Source: an uncultured candidate division Zixibacteria bacterium (GTDB taxonomy: Bacteria; Zixibacteria; MSB-5A5; GN15; FEB-12). Taken from it: a stretch of 64,000 bases of DNA. This document shows positions 10,150 to 20,234 of this stretch, piece by piece (position 1 is the first letter of the stretch; the number at the start of each line of letters is the position of its first letter). Under the pieces are notes generated by a model. The model was not told the DNA's origin, did no database searches, and saw nothing but the letters and a program-made list of their open reading frames with translations. The stretch is from assembly GCA_963806185.1 (NCBI GenBank), contig CAWDXE010000004.1, positions 436,883-500,882 of the forward strand. The letters are read 5' to 3'. The position numbers and the translations under genes were made by a program.

Positions 10150-11645
10150 TAGCTCTTGGCCGTGTTCATCATAATTACCACACGGTTCTTGTGGGTCAGG
10201 TACTCTTTGGCCACGCGTTGAATATCCTGCGGCGTGACCGCGTTAATACGATTGAGTTCGTTGAACATTTCCCGCCAGTCACCCCAATAGGTCTGGAAAA
10301 TGCCCAGCTGGAGAGCCAGACCCTGGTTGCCGCGAAGCTGGGCGATGAAGGACGCTTTGGCGCGCGCACGAATCTTCTCCACCTCTTCCATGGGCAGAAG
10401 TTCGTTCTGTGTCTTTTCGACAGCGGCGAAGATCTCCTTCTCACACTCTTCGTTTGTCTTGCCGGCAGCGGGAATTGCCAGAACGATTGTCATCGCGGGG
10501 TATTTGTCCCCCGGATAACCGTTAAAAGCACCAACCTGTACGGCCATCTTCTTTTCTTTCACCAGCGTGCTGTACAAAAGCGACGTGCGTCCACTGGCCA
10601 GGTAATCCGATAGCGCCTGCAAAGCGGGGCGGTCGGGATGGGTCACTTCGGGCGTGTGCCACCCAACCATATATACCGGTTGGGAGGGGTCTTCAAGCAT
10701 CGAACGCCGTTCCCCGGATTGGGGCGGTTCAACGGTGGCAATGCGCTCCGGTGCCGGGCGGTACGGAATGCGTCCGAAGTACTTCTCAGCCAGGGCAATG
10801 ATCTCAGTGGTGTTGACATCGCCCACTACGGCCACTACCAGATTTGAAGGACCATAATATTTGTCGAAGAACGTTTTGGCTTCGGCCCGGGAATAATACT
10901 GGATGTCCGACATATGTCCGACGCCGGAAATGCCGTAGGGATGGGCCGAAAAGGCGACCCCGTCGAATTCCTCGAACATCTTGCCGAACGGATTCGACTC
11001 CACGCGCATGCGACGCTCTTCGGCGACGACGTCCCGCTCCTTGTACATCTCCCGAAAGACCGGATTGAGGAAGCGCTCGGATTCCAGCGCCATCCACAGT
11101 TCCGCCTTATTGCTCGGAAGGCTGTAGAAATAGGCCGTGATGTCATTCGCGGTGAAAGCGTTCAGATCCTCGCCCCCTTCACGATCAATCACTTGCCCAA
11201 AGGCGTTTGGTTCGACCAACTGATACGACGCTTCCCGGGCGGCCTCGTACTTCTTCGTCAAGTCGGCAATTTTCGCGGAATCGGCAAAGCGGCCCCGGTT
11301 GCGCTCGGCTCGGAGCTGCATAAAAAGCGTGTCCTCAAACTCTATTGCCTTTTTTTCCTTTGGGTAATCTTTCGAACCCAGGGTCGTGGTGCCCTTGAAA
11401 GCCAGATGCTCAAACATATGGGCGAGGCCGGTGTAGCCCTTAGGGTCGTCGACCGATCCGACATTGGCAACGGTCACAAAAGACGCCACCGGAGCGTCAT
11501 GTTGCTCCAGTACCAGAACCGTCAGTCCGTTCTTCAGCCGGTGCTCAGTAACAGAGCTTTCAAGCTTCGTAAAATCGAAGCCATTGGCGACCGAGACACC
11601 CAGCACCGCAATTAGCGTCAGCAGGCGCAGTGTCCGCTTGATCAT
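10149..11645 (-). CDS. M16 family zinc peptidase, catalytic subunit
   Basis: GLAHMFEH inverted zinc motif, LNAFT, EERRMR, signal peptide, GGAGG RBS. Confidence 0.9.
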   Translation of the reverse strand: MIKRTLRLLTLIAVLGVSVANGFDFTKLESSVTEHRLKNGLTVLVLEQHDAPVASFVTVANVGSVDDPKGYTGLAHMFEHLAFKGTTTLGSKDYPKEKKAIEFEDTLFMQLRAERNRGRFADSAKIADLTKKYEAAREASYQLVEPNAFGQVIDREGGEDLNAFTANDITAYFYSLPSNKAELWMALESERFLNPVFREMYKERDVVAEERRMRVESNPFGKMFEEFDGVAFSAHPYGISGVGHMSDIQYYSRAEAKTFFDKYYGPSNLVVAVVGDVNTTEIIALAEKYFGRIPYRPAPERIATVEPPQSGERRSMLEDPSQPVYMVGWHTPEVTHPDRPALQALSDYLASGRTSLLYSTLVKEKKMAVQVGAFNGYPGDKYPAMTIVLAIPAAGKTNEECEKEIFAAVEKTQNELLPMEEVEKIRARAKASFIAQLRGNQGLALQLGIFQTYWGDWREMFNELNRINAVTPQDIQRVAKEYLTHKNRVVIMMNTAKS

Positions 11646-11817
11646 GAGTTACCTCCATGGTTTGTAAGATCTATTTAAATGGTCAACTGCCGCGAATTAA
11701 AGCTCTGCGGTGTCTAAAGTCAAGTGGGGCAAATACATTGAGCTTCACCGGGAAGAATGCTTCTGGAAATGGGTATTCAGAACAGGAAATAGAATCTCAA
11801 GGCTAAGGAGAACTGCT

Positions 11818-13827
11818 ATGAAACCCGTCCTGATCGCAACAGCAATGGCCCTCGCGAGCCTCGTGTTCGCGGCCGTCGTCTCGGCTAAAGTCGGGACAAT
11901 CCACGTATTTGTCACTGATGCCGTTTCCGGCTCCCCGTTGGAGAACGCCGTGGTGACGCTTGAAAACGCCCCCGGATCGGCCATCTCCGATGCTTCCGGT
12001 TTGGCCGTCCTCCACACGCCAAAAGCGGGGCGGTACGTCGTGCGTGTTACTCACGGCAACTATAAACTGAATGCAACCGCAACCGTCGAGCTCACGTTAG
12101 ATCGAATTGCCACCATACACGTGAAACTCACGCCGCTGAAGGACAAGAGCAACGGAAACTACGAGGACAAGCTGAACACTGCAAGTCATCAGGCGACCGG
12201 TGTGACGACGGATTCCCAAAGCACCTCCGAGTCCGTTCTGAAATCGGGCCAGTCCCTGCGCGATGCCCCGTCGGCCATATCATCCGACAATACCCCCGGC
12301 GTCCAAGCCGATTCGTATATCGATACTCGGATGGAGAAGCGAATTATGGCGGGGCAGTCCAACATGCCAATGCCGAGCCTCGATCGCTATAATCGACAAT
12401 ACAGCGAGCCAGAACTACCCCCCTTCGACATGTACTTCCGTGAATATGGTACTCACGGTTTCGTAGATCCGCGTCGTGACGCCCAGTCGACCTTTGGCCT
12501 GGATGTCGATGACGCCTCATACACCCTGGTGCGGCGTTATCTGACCGAGGGTAACATTCCGCCGGCTGAAGCCGTGCGCGTGGAAGAGTTCGTGAACCAC
12601 TTTGACTATGGGTACAACTCTCCCGATGATGGTACCTTTCGCATTTTTTCGGAACTCACTCCCTCACCATTCCGCGATGGCGTGTGGATGCTGAAACTTG
12701 GTATCAAGGCACGCGAGGTATCAGACTGGCAACGGAAGCCGGCGCGGCTGGTCGTCGTCATCGACGAATCCGGTTCGATGGGCTACGATACGCGCCTGCA
12801 GTTGGTCAAGCGGTCGGTGGAAATCCTGGCTCGTCAGCTTGATCGCGACGACAGGATTGCGATCGTGGCCTATCGGGACAACGCGCGAATTGTGCTGCGT
12901 TGGACCCGTGCCGATCGGATCAATGATGTTGTTTCGGCGATTGGGCGTATCCATCCGGGGGGATCGACGAATGTGGCCGCCGGGCTGGAGATCGCCTACC
13001 GGCTGGCTGGGGAGCAATATTCCGCCGAGGCCATCAACCGCATCGTTCTGTTCTCTGACGGCGTTGCCAATGTCGGCCCGACGTCAGCCGACGCTATTAT
13101 GCGGTGCGTCTCCGACCAGGCGCGGCGTGGAATCAATCTGTCGACTTTCGGGGTCGGCATGGGAAATTACAACGATGCGCTGTTGGAGCAATTGGCCATC
13201 AAGGGAAACGGCAGGTACGCCTACCTCAACAATTCCGACGAGGTAGAGAAGCAACTGGCCGATCAATTCACCAGCGCGCTGCAGGTGGTCGCGCGCGATG
13301 CGAAAATCCAGGTGACCTTCGACCCGAGCCAGGTCGCGGCCTATCGATTGATCGGCTACGAGAACCGCAACATCGCCGATGAAAAATTCCGAGATCGTCG
13401 CCAGGACGGTGGCGAAATCGGTGCCGGGCACGAAGTAACTGCGCTCTACGAACTGGTTGTCGACAAGCGCCACAAGGGACAGGTATTGGCCGATGTCTCC
13501 TTGCGGTGGAACGATGTTGACCGTCACGAAGTCATCGAAATCAATCGTGAGATTGCCTGGTCCGATGGAAGCAGAAGCTATCAGCAAAGTCGCCCTGAAC
13601 TGAAGCTGGCGATAGTCGTTGCCGAGTTTGCACTCGCGCTAAAGGGATCCGACTACAGTACGGTCAATTTCGAAGAAATCAGCCGTCAGGCGCAGGCGAT
13701 CGTGCGAGCGATGCCGAACGAGCAGACGCGCGAACTGGCCGACCTTGTCTCTCGTGCCGGCGCGATGTACGACTATCACGCCGACGACCGTGATGATGAT
13801 CGCCGGTACGGTGACTACAAACGGTAG
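11818..13827 (+). CDS. YfbK-like von Willebrand factor A protein with N-terminal carboxypeptidase-regulatory-like domain
   Basis: STFGLDVDDASY, VRVEEFVNHFDY, MIDAS DESGSM, YRLIGYENR and GAGHEVTALYE. ATG 11818 follows AAGGAG and gives a signal peptide. Confidence 0.88.
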   Translation: MKPVLIATAMALASLVFAAVVSAKVGTIHVFVTDAVSGSPLENAVVTLENAPGSAISDASGLAVLHTPKAGRYVVRVTHGNYKLNATATVELTLDRIATIHVKLTPLKDKSNGNYEDKLNTASHQATGVTTDSQSTSESVLKSGQSLRDAPSAISSDNTPGVQADSYIDTRMEKRIMAGQSNMPMPSLDRYNRQYSEPELPPFDMYFREYGTHGFVDPRRDAQSTFGLDVDDASYTLVRRYLTEGNIPPAEAVRVEEFVNHFDYGYNSPDDGTFRIFSELTPSPFRDGVWMLKLGIKAREVSDWQRKPARLVVVIDESGSMGYDTRLQLVKRSVEILARQLDRDDRIAIVAYRDNARIVLRWTRADRINDVVSAIGRIHPGGSTNVAAGLEIAYRLAGEQYSAEAINRIVLFSDGVANVGPTSADAIMRCVSDQARRGINLSTFGVGMGNYNDALLEQLAIKGNGRYAYLNNSDEVEKQLADQFTSALQVVARDAKIQVTFDPSQVAAYRLIGYENRNIADEKFRDRRQDGGEIGAGHEVTALYELVVDKRHKGQVLADVSLRWNDVDRHEVIEINREIAWSDGSRSYQQSRPELKLAIVVAEFALALKGSDYSTVNFEEISRQAQAIVRAMPNEQTRELADLVSRAGAMYDYHADDRDDDRRYGDYKR

Positions 13828-13856
13828 TTCCCTCTTAGACTCTCATTATATGCAAA

Positions 13857-13887
13857 GGGTCGGCGGACAGAGTGTCCGCCGACCCAC
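13857..13887. repeat. Perfect 13-bp palindrome between convergent genes (REP-like element or bidirectional terminator)
   Basis: GGGTCGGCGGACA-GAG-TGTCCGCCGACCC-AC. Its core resembles the hairpins at 63370..63443. Confidence 0.6.
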
Positions 13888-13912
13888 ATTTACATACCGT
13901 CGGTAGTTTAGA

Positions 13913-16483
13913 CTACCACCAGGTAATCAGTTTCGGTTTTTTCACGTGCAAGAGGCTTTCGTTTTTCGGAATGACGCGCGCCGTTATGCCGAATCGTCCG
14001 GATTCCTGACAAGTGACCTCGCCGGTGTAGCCGTAGATGCCGTCTTCGGCGTTACCCAGATGGCCATTGCTTCCGAATACCGTTCCTGCCCGCTCCGGAT
14101 CGAGCAATTGCTCCTGTGAATTGAGTCGACCGGAGATAATCTCGACGCGGACGTCGTCCGGTGTCAGCGAGCCAAGCTTTACCTTCATTGAAACCGGGAC
14201 TTTTTGGCCGACCTGCACGGTTGCACCCAGATCGGGCACATCCAGATCGGTTATGGCGATGCTGTTCCAGCTGTTGCTGACCCGGTCGAGCCAGCCGGAT
14301 ATCTTCTTATTGAGGTCATAGTCGTTTTCACGGAGGCGGACCGACTGCTTGATCGCCGGGATATAAAACGCGTTGGTGTAATCCATCAACATGCGTTGCG
14401 CGGAAAACCGCTGGCCGGCCATCTGAATGGATCCCTTCATCCGGGCGATCCAGCGCTCGGGCAGATCAATGTCGTTTCGTTCATAGAAGGCGGGGATGAC
14501 CTCGCGTTCCAGCGTATTGTAGAGATTCTCGGCGTCCAGTTGATTCTGGTACTGGACGTTGTCGTATTCCTCGCCGTTGCCGATCTTGAAGCCGTAGTCG
14601 TCATTGTAGGCTTCCGCCCACCAGCCGTCGAGTATCGACAAATTCAGCGCACCGTTGAGCGCCGCTTTCATGCCGGACGTCCCGGAGGCTTCTTCGGGTC
14701 GGCGGGGATTATTGAGCCAGACGTCAGCGCCCTGGACGAGATACCGCGCGACGTTGATATCGTAATCCTCAAGGAAGATGATCCGGTTGCGGAACCTCTT
14801 CTCGTTGGCGAAGCTCAACAACAACTTGATAATCTCTTTCCCGGGGTTGTCGAGCGGGTGCGCCTTGCCCGAGACGATCAGTTGCACCGGGCGCTGCTCA
14901 TCGTTGAGGATTCTATCGAGGCGGTCGATATCAGCAAAAATCAGCGCACCGCGCTTGTACGTGGAAAAGCGGCGTGCAAACCCGATCGTCAGTGTACCCG
15001 GATCGAGCACCGTATCAGCGCGCTGGACTTCCAATTGAGACGCCCCTCGCCGCAGGAGCTGGTTTTTGAGGCGTTTGCGGGCGAAGAAGACGAGTCGTTC
15101 CCGCCGCTTGTTATGTACGCGCCAGAGCTCGACATCCGGAATACGCTCGACTTTCTCCCACACTTCCGGGGCGCCGGGACGTTCCACGTAACGTGGGCCA
15201 AAATACGATTCGTACAGTTCATTGACATCATGCGAGATCCACGTCGCCGGATGCACACCATTGGTGATGGCTCGAATCGGCACTTCGTCCTTCGGCAAAT
15301 TCGGCCAGATATTGTGCCACATTTCGCGCGATACTTTTCCGTGCAATTCGGAAACACCGTTGCAAAGGGCGGCCGTCTTCAGCGCCGCCACCGTCATGCC
15401 GAACTGCTCGGTTTCATCGGTCGGATTGATGCGACCGATACCCAGGAATTCCTCCCAGGTGAGACCGAGCTGACGCACCATATCACCCAGATACCGGTGC
15501 ACCAGCACCGATTCGAACTTTTCATTTCCGGCCGGCACCGGCGTGTGGGTCGTGAAGATCGTGGTCGACCAGATGAAATGCACGGCCTCCTTGAATGATA
15601 ATCCGTGCTCCTGAGTCAGGATGCGCAGCCGCTCCAGATTGAGGAACCACGAGTGCCCTTCATTCGAGTGAAAGATCGCCGGTTTGATGCCCAGAGCCCG
15701 CAAAGCGCGTACGCCGCCTATGCCGAGGACGATCTCCTGGCGAATACGCATATCCTTGTCGCCGCCGTAAAGCACGGACGTAATCTCGCGTCCCTTGGAG
15801 GAATTTTCCGGAATATTGGTGTCCAGAAGGTAGAGCGGCGTCAGCCCGACGGTCACTTTCCAAATGGCGATCTGCACCGGGATATTGTCCAGTTGCACCA
15901 TGACCTTGATCGGTTCGCCTTTGTCATTGAGCGCCGGTTGTACCGGCATATGGTACCAGTCGTTTTCTTCGTAGCGCTCCTGCTGCCAGCCGTCGGGGGA
16001 GAGCATCTGGCGGAAATAGCCGTATCGGTACAGCAGCCCGACCGCCACCATCGGCAGGCCGAGATCGGAAGCGGATTTCAGCGTGTCACCCGACAACACG
16101 CCAAGCCCGCCGGAGTAGACGGGCAGACCCGTGTCCAGACCATATTCGAGAGAGAAATAGACGATGGGGCGATTCTCATACTCACCGTACTTGTAGTGAA
16201 ACCATTTCTTACGGTGCAAGTAATCCTGAAATCGGGTGTACACTTTGTCGAGAGCGTTCAGGAAAGCCTCGTCTTTGGAGGCCTTGAGCAGCAGATGCTG
16301 CGGTAGGCGGGAGAGCATTTCGACCGGATTCTGCCCCGATTTTTCCCACATGTCGGAATCAAGCCTTATGAACAATTTGACAATGTCCCAATTCCACGAA
16401 TACCAAAGATTGTTCGCCATTTCCTGAAGAGCTTTTATTCGCGGAGGGAGATTTGGCAGGACCAGCAATTGTTTGACGCGCAT
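13913..16483 (-). CDS. glgP: Alpha-glucan (glycogen/starch) phosphorylase
   Basis: YSGGLGVLSGD, FTTHTPVPAGNE, GFARRFSTYKR and the PLP-lysine motif EASGTSGMKA. Confidence 0.95.
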   Translation of the reverse strand: MRVKQLLVLPNLPPRIKALQEMANNLWYSWNWDIVKLFIRLDSDMWEKSGQNPVEMLSRLPQHLLLKASKDEAFLNALDKVYTRFQDYLHRKKWFHYKYGEYENRPIVYFSLEYGLDTGLPVYSGGLGVLSGDTLKSASDLGLPMVAVGLLYRYGYFRQMLSPDGWQQERYEENDWYHMPVQPALNDKGEPIKVMVQLDNIPVQIAIWKVTVGLTPLYLLDTNIPENSSKGREITSVLYGGDKDMRIRQEIVLGIGGVRALRALGIKPAIFHSNEGHSWFLNLERLRILTQEHGLSFKEAVHFIWSTTIFTTHTPVPAGNEKFESVLVHRYLGDMVRQLGLTWEEFLGIGRINPTDETEQFGMTVAALKTAALCNGVSELHGKVSREMWHNIWPNLPKDEVPIRAITNGVHPATWISHDVNELYESYFGPRYVERPGAPEVWEKVERIPDVELWRVHNKRRERLVFFARKRLKNQLLRRGASQLEVQRADTVLDPGTLTIGFARRFSTYKRGALIFADIDRLDRILNDEQRPVQLIVSGKAHPLDNPGKEIIKLLLSFANEKRFRNRIIFLEDYDINVARYLVQGADVWLNNPRRPEEASGTSGMKAALNGALNLSILDGWWAEAYNDDYGFKIGNGEEYDNVQYQNQLDAENLYNTLEREVIPAFYERNDIDLPERWIARMKGSIQMAGQRFSAQRMLMDYTNAFYIPAIKQSVRLRENDYDLNKKISGWLDRVSNSWNSIAITDLDVPDLGATVQVGQKVPVSMKVKLGSLTPDDVRVEIISGRLNSQEQLLDPERAGTVFGSNGHLGNAEDGIYGYTGEVTCQESGRFGITARVIPKNESLLHVKKPKLITWW

Positions 16484-16733
16484 ACGAAAATTACCCCGGT
16501 TTCTTCCTTGAACCCATAGAGAGCCCTGGTGTTCTCTCTATATCGACCGTGATCGCAAAGAGCTTATGTGGCCGGGCAAGTCAGTCCCTAAAAGGGGGCG
16601 GAATCTTTTTCCAATCTGCTTGTCCCGCTAAGCACGTTTCGGCTTTCGCCGATACCAGTGAAGGGTTCAGTATATACCGAGGGGCGACATTTTTGTACTA
16701 CAATTTTCAGACCTTTTAGCGTAAGATAGGGAT

Positions 16734-17894
16734 ATGCCAAAAACACGTAAGCGCGTAGGAATCCTGACCGGCGGTGGCGACTGTCCCGGTCTTAACGCGG
16801 TGATAAACGCCGTCGTCAAAGCAGCCACGATCGATTATGAGATGGAAGTGATCGGTTTCCTTGATGGTTACGAGGGACTCGTCGAGAATCGCTTCAAGGT
16901 GCTCGGTCTCGCTGATGTGTCGGGTATCCTGTCTCTTGGGGGCACCATTCTGGGTACCTCAAACCGTGCGGATCCATTCCACTACCCCGTCCTTCAAGGC
17001 GACGATTTCGTGTATATGGACCGCTCCTCGCAGGCCATACTCAACTACGAGGCCTTGGGGCTCGACGCTCTGATCGCGGTTGGCGGTGACGGTACCATGG
17101 CTGCATCAGCCCAGATGGCCGAGAAGGGCATTCCAATCGTAGGTGTGCCCAAGACCATCGATAATGACTTGTACGGTACGGACCAGACTTTTGGTTATGA
17201 TTCGGCGTTGGCGATAGCTACGGAGGCAGTTGATCGCATCCACACCACTGCTCAGGCCCATCACCGGGTGATGATTATAGAAGTAATGGGGCGGTACGCC
17301 GGTTGGCTGGCGCTTGGCGCCGGATTGGCCGGGGGAGGAGATATCATTCTGCTTCCGGAAATTCCGTATGACATCGATGCGGTCTGCGCCAAAGTGCGCG
17401 GTCGAACGGCGCGGGGAAAGACCTTCTCGATAATTGTCGTGGGCGAAGGGGCCAAGCCTATCGGCGGCAGTATGGTCGTTGCCCGCCGGGTGAAAAATTC
17501 GCCTGACGCTATCCGTTTGGGTGGCATTTCCAATGAGTTAGCCAAGCAACTTGAAGCAATACTTAATATCGAATGTCGGGTGACCATTCTCGGCCACCTT
17601 TTGCGCGGTGGATCTCCAACCGCTTATGATCGCATCCTCGCGACCCGTTTCGGCTACGAAGCAATAGGCCGTGTCGCATCCGGTGCATTCGGTCAGATGG
17701 TTGCGCTTCACGGAACTGAAATCGGCTCGGTACCAATTGCGTCGGTGGCCGGTAAATTCCGTCGCGTCACCCCAGACCATCCGTGGGTTAAGGTAGCCAA
17801 CGGTATCGGTCTGAGCTTGGGTGTGCCGGCCGAACATTCGCTGGATCAGTATTTCAACGAATCAATCTTTGGCACAGACAAGGCCAAGGCGTGA
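16734..17894 (+). CDS. pfkA: 6-phosphofructokinase (group III / mixed-substrate type)
   Basis: LTGGGDCPGLNA, GGDG, PKTIDND, EVMGR. Confidence 0.92.
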   Translation: MPKTRKRVGILTGGGDCPGLNAVINAVVKAATIDYEMEVIGFLDGYEGLVENRFKVLGLADVSGILSLGGTILGTSNRADPFHYPVLQGDDFVYMDRSSQAILNYEALGLDALIAVGGDGTMAASAQMAEKGIPIVGVPKTIDNDLYGTDQTFGYDSALAIATEAVDRIHTTAQAHHRVMIIEVMGRYAGWLALGAGLAGGGDIILLPEIPYDIDAVCAKVRGRTARGKTFSIIVVGEGAKPIGGSMVVARRVKNSPDAIRLGGISNELAKQLEAILNIECRVTILGHLLRGGSPTAYDRILATRFGYEAIGRVASGAFGQMVALHGTEIGSVPIASVAGKFRRVTPDHPWVKVANGIGLSLGVPAEHSLDQYFNESIFGTDKAKA

Positions 17895-17953
17895 TTGATC
17901 GTGGTGCGTTTCGACGTTCGGGCATCACTCATTACCATGGAAGGTAACCAACT

Positions 17954-19342
17954 GTGATTCAACTGGGGTTTCATGGGGCCGCCGGCACGGTAACGGGCTC
18001 CAAATATCTTATCGAGACCAACGGGCGCAGAGTTCTCATTGATTGCGGAATGTTCCAGGGATCGCGGGAGCTGCGCCAACTCAACTGGACCGATCCGCCG
18101 GTCAATCCGAAATTACTCAATGCCATTGTCCTGACTCACGCGCACATCGATCACATCGGCTATCTGCCGCGACTGGTGGCCCGCGGATATCAGGGACCGG
18201 TGTACGCAACTGCCCCCACGATTGATATCGCGGCCATTTCTCTGCTTGATACGGCCAATCTCCAGATGGAAGATGCTGAATATCGCAACAAGAAGAAATT
18301 GACCCGCCACGAAGTCGCCCTTCCGCTGTTCACCGACGACGACGCCGAGAGAGCCCTGAAGCTGTTCGAACCAGTGCCGTTTAACGAGTGGATCAGCATC
18401 GACGAGGCGATACGCTTTCGCTATCATATCGCCGGCCACATTCTTGGGGCAGCGGGGGTCGAAGTCGAACTGAATGACGAGGGTCGCACGCGAACGGTCT
18501 TTTTTTCCGGAGATGTCGGCAGGTATGGCAATCCGCTGACGGTCGATCCGTCGGAACCCCCAGCCTGCGATTATCTGGTATGTGAATCGACCTATGGGGG
18601 GAAGATTCATCCTCCGGAAGACCCGCACACCATCTTCGCCGACCTGATCAATCAGGTGATCCGGGAAAAGGGCGTGCTGCTGATACCGGCGTTTGCCATT
18701 GGGCGTACGCAGCAGGTGCTCTTTCTGATCCACGACCTGATCGAGCACAAGCGAATTCCACCCATCGACGTGCATGTTGATTCGCCGATGGCCGTTTCCG
18801 CTACTGATATCTACTGTAAGTACCACAACCTGCATTCCGTGGATCTGAATCGGCTGGGCGGGCCCAACTGCGTGTTGAACGGAAGTAACGTCCAGTTTCA
18901 CAAGACAAAGAAGTCGTCCCAGGAACTCAATGATCTTAAGGGGCCGGCCGTCATCATCTCCGCCAGCGGGATGTTGACAGGGGGAAGAATTCTTCACCAC
19001 TTGCTCAATCGCCTTGACGATGAGAAGACCACCGTGGCCCTGGTCGGTTTCCAGGCCCAGGGCACGCTCGGTCGCAAACTTCTGGATGGTGAGAAAGCGG
19101 TATATATTCACAAGACATTTAAGCCGGTCAATGCGCGGATTGTCTCATTGTCCGGCATGTCGGCCCACGCCGATTATCAGGAATTGCTGCATTGGCTGGA
19201 GCCCATTCAAACGCCGCCTCGCACAGTGTTCGTAACTCACGGCGAGCCGGATCAGTCGGAAGCTATGGTCGGACACCTGAGCCACGAGCGACAGTGGACC
19301 TGCTATCGGCCGCAATTGGGCGAAACGATCGAACTCAAATAG
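17954..19342 (+). CDS. Metallo-beta-lactamase / beta-CASP family nuclease
   Basis: LTHAHIDHIG, AGHILG, ESTYGG, PAFAIGRTQ, SAHAD, VTHGE. Confidence 0.92.
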   Translation: MIQLGFHGAAGTVTGSKYLIETNGRRVLIDCGMFQGSRELRQLNWTDPPVNPKLLNAIVLTHAHIDHIGYLPRLVARGYQGPVYATAPTIDIAAISLLDTANLQMEDAEYRNKKKLTRHEVALPLFTDDDAERALKLFEPVPFNEWISIDEAIRFRYHIAGHILGAAGVEVELNDEGRTRTVFFSGDVGRYGNPLTVDPSEPPACDYLVCESTYGGKIHPPEDPHTIFADLINQVIREKGVLLIPAFAIGRTQQVLFLIHDLIEHKRIPPIDVHVDSPMAVSATDIYCKYHNLHSVDLNRLGGPNCVLNGSNVQFHKTKKSSQELNDLKGPAVIISASGMLTGGRILHHLLNRLDDEKTTVALVGFQAQGTLGRKLLDGEKAVYIHKTFKPVNARIVSLSGMSAHADYQELLHWLEPIQTPPRTVFVTHGEPDQSEAMVGHLSHERQWTCYRPQLGETIELK

Positions 19343-19351
19343 GAACCAGAC

Positions 19352-20230
19352 ATGGTCAAACCGGCCAAGCGCCTCAATAAGAAGAAAATGATCCAGCGAC
19401 TCAAGGAGTCGCCCGCATATCGAATCGCATACAAGGACCTCGATTTCATGGCGCTCGAGGATCTGCGTCCGGCGCGCGTTCACCTTGAGTTGATGAAACC
19501 GGAATTGCATTTGCGGGCGCAAAACATCGGCTCCACCATCGTGGTCTTTGGCGGCACTCGTATTCGGGAACCTCGCGAAGCCCAGGCCACGGTGCGCTCC
19601 CTCAAGACAAAACTGCGCCGGAACCCTCACGACGAAGAAGTTCGACGCGAACTCGCTACCGCTCAGAGTGTGCTCGAGAAGTCGCGTTACTACGATGAGG
19701 CCCGTCGGTTCGGTCAGATTGTGTCGTCGGAGACACAGAAACAGGGCAGGCCGGAATATGTAATCGTGACGGGCGGCGGTCCCGGTATCATGGAGGCCGC
19801 CAATCGCGGCGCCTGGGATGTCAATGCAAAATCAATCGGCCTGAACATCACCCTGCCGCACGAACAGGAGCCGAACCCGTACATCTCTCCGGAGCTCTGC
19901 CTGCAATTCCATTACTTTGCTCTGCGCAAATTCCACTTCATGCTTCGAGCCAAGGCGCTCGTCGCTTTCCCCGGCGGGTATGGTACCCTCGATGAACTAT
20001 TCGAGGCGTTAACCCTGGTGCAGACGGGCAAAGTCCCACCTCTGCCGATCGTCCTGTTCGGCGAATCATACTGGCGCAAAGCCGTCAACTTCGACTTTCT
20101 GGTGAAAGAAGGGACGATCAACCCCGAGGACATCAAGCTTTTTGTCTTTGCCGATCGGGCAGAAGACGCCTGGAATTACATTAAATACTTCTACAAAGCC
20201 GGCACCAACGGCACGAACCAATCGAAATAG
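19352..20230 (+). CDS. LOG family (Rossmann-fold nucleotide monophosphate nucleosidase) protein
   Basis: TGGGPGIMEAANRGA and PGGYGTLDE. Confidence 0.9.
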   Translation: MVKPAKRLNKKKMIQRLKESPAYRIAYKDLDFMALEDLRPARVHLELMKPELHLRAQNIGSTIVVFGGTRIREPREAQATVRSLKTKLRRNPHDEEVRRELATAQSVLEKSRYYDEARRFGQIVSSETQKQGRPEYVIVTGGGPGIMEAANRGAWDVNAKSIGLNITLPHEQEPNPYISPELCLQFHYFALRKFHFMLRAKALVAFPGGYGTLDELFEALTLVQTGKVPPLPIVLFGESYWRKAVNFDFLVKEGTINPEDIKLFVFADRAEDAWNYIKYFYKAGTNGTNQSK

Positions 20231-20234
20231 CCGG

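Noticed and set aside
14204..15598. 464-aa plus-strand ORF (also 15605..16306, 18113..19111, 22153..23346, 6184..6918)
   Set aside because: These are antisense shadows of well-conserved genes in GC-rich DNA, with no recognisable motifs or RBS.
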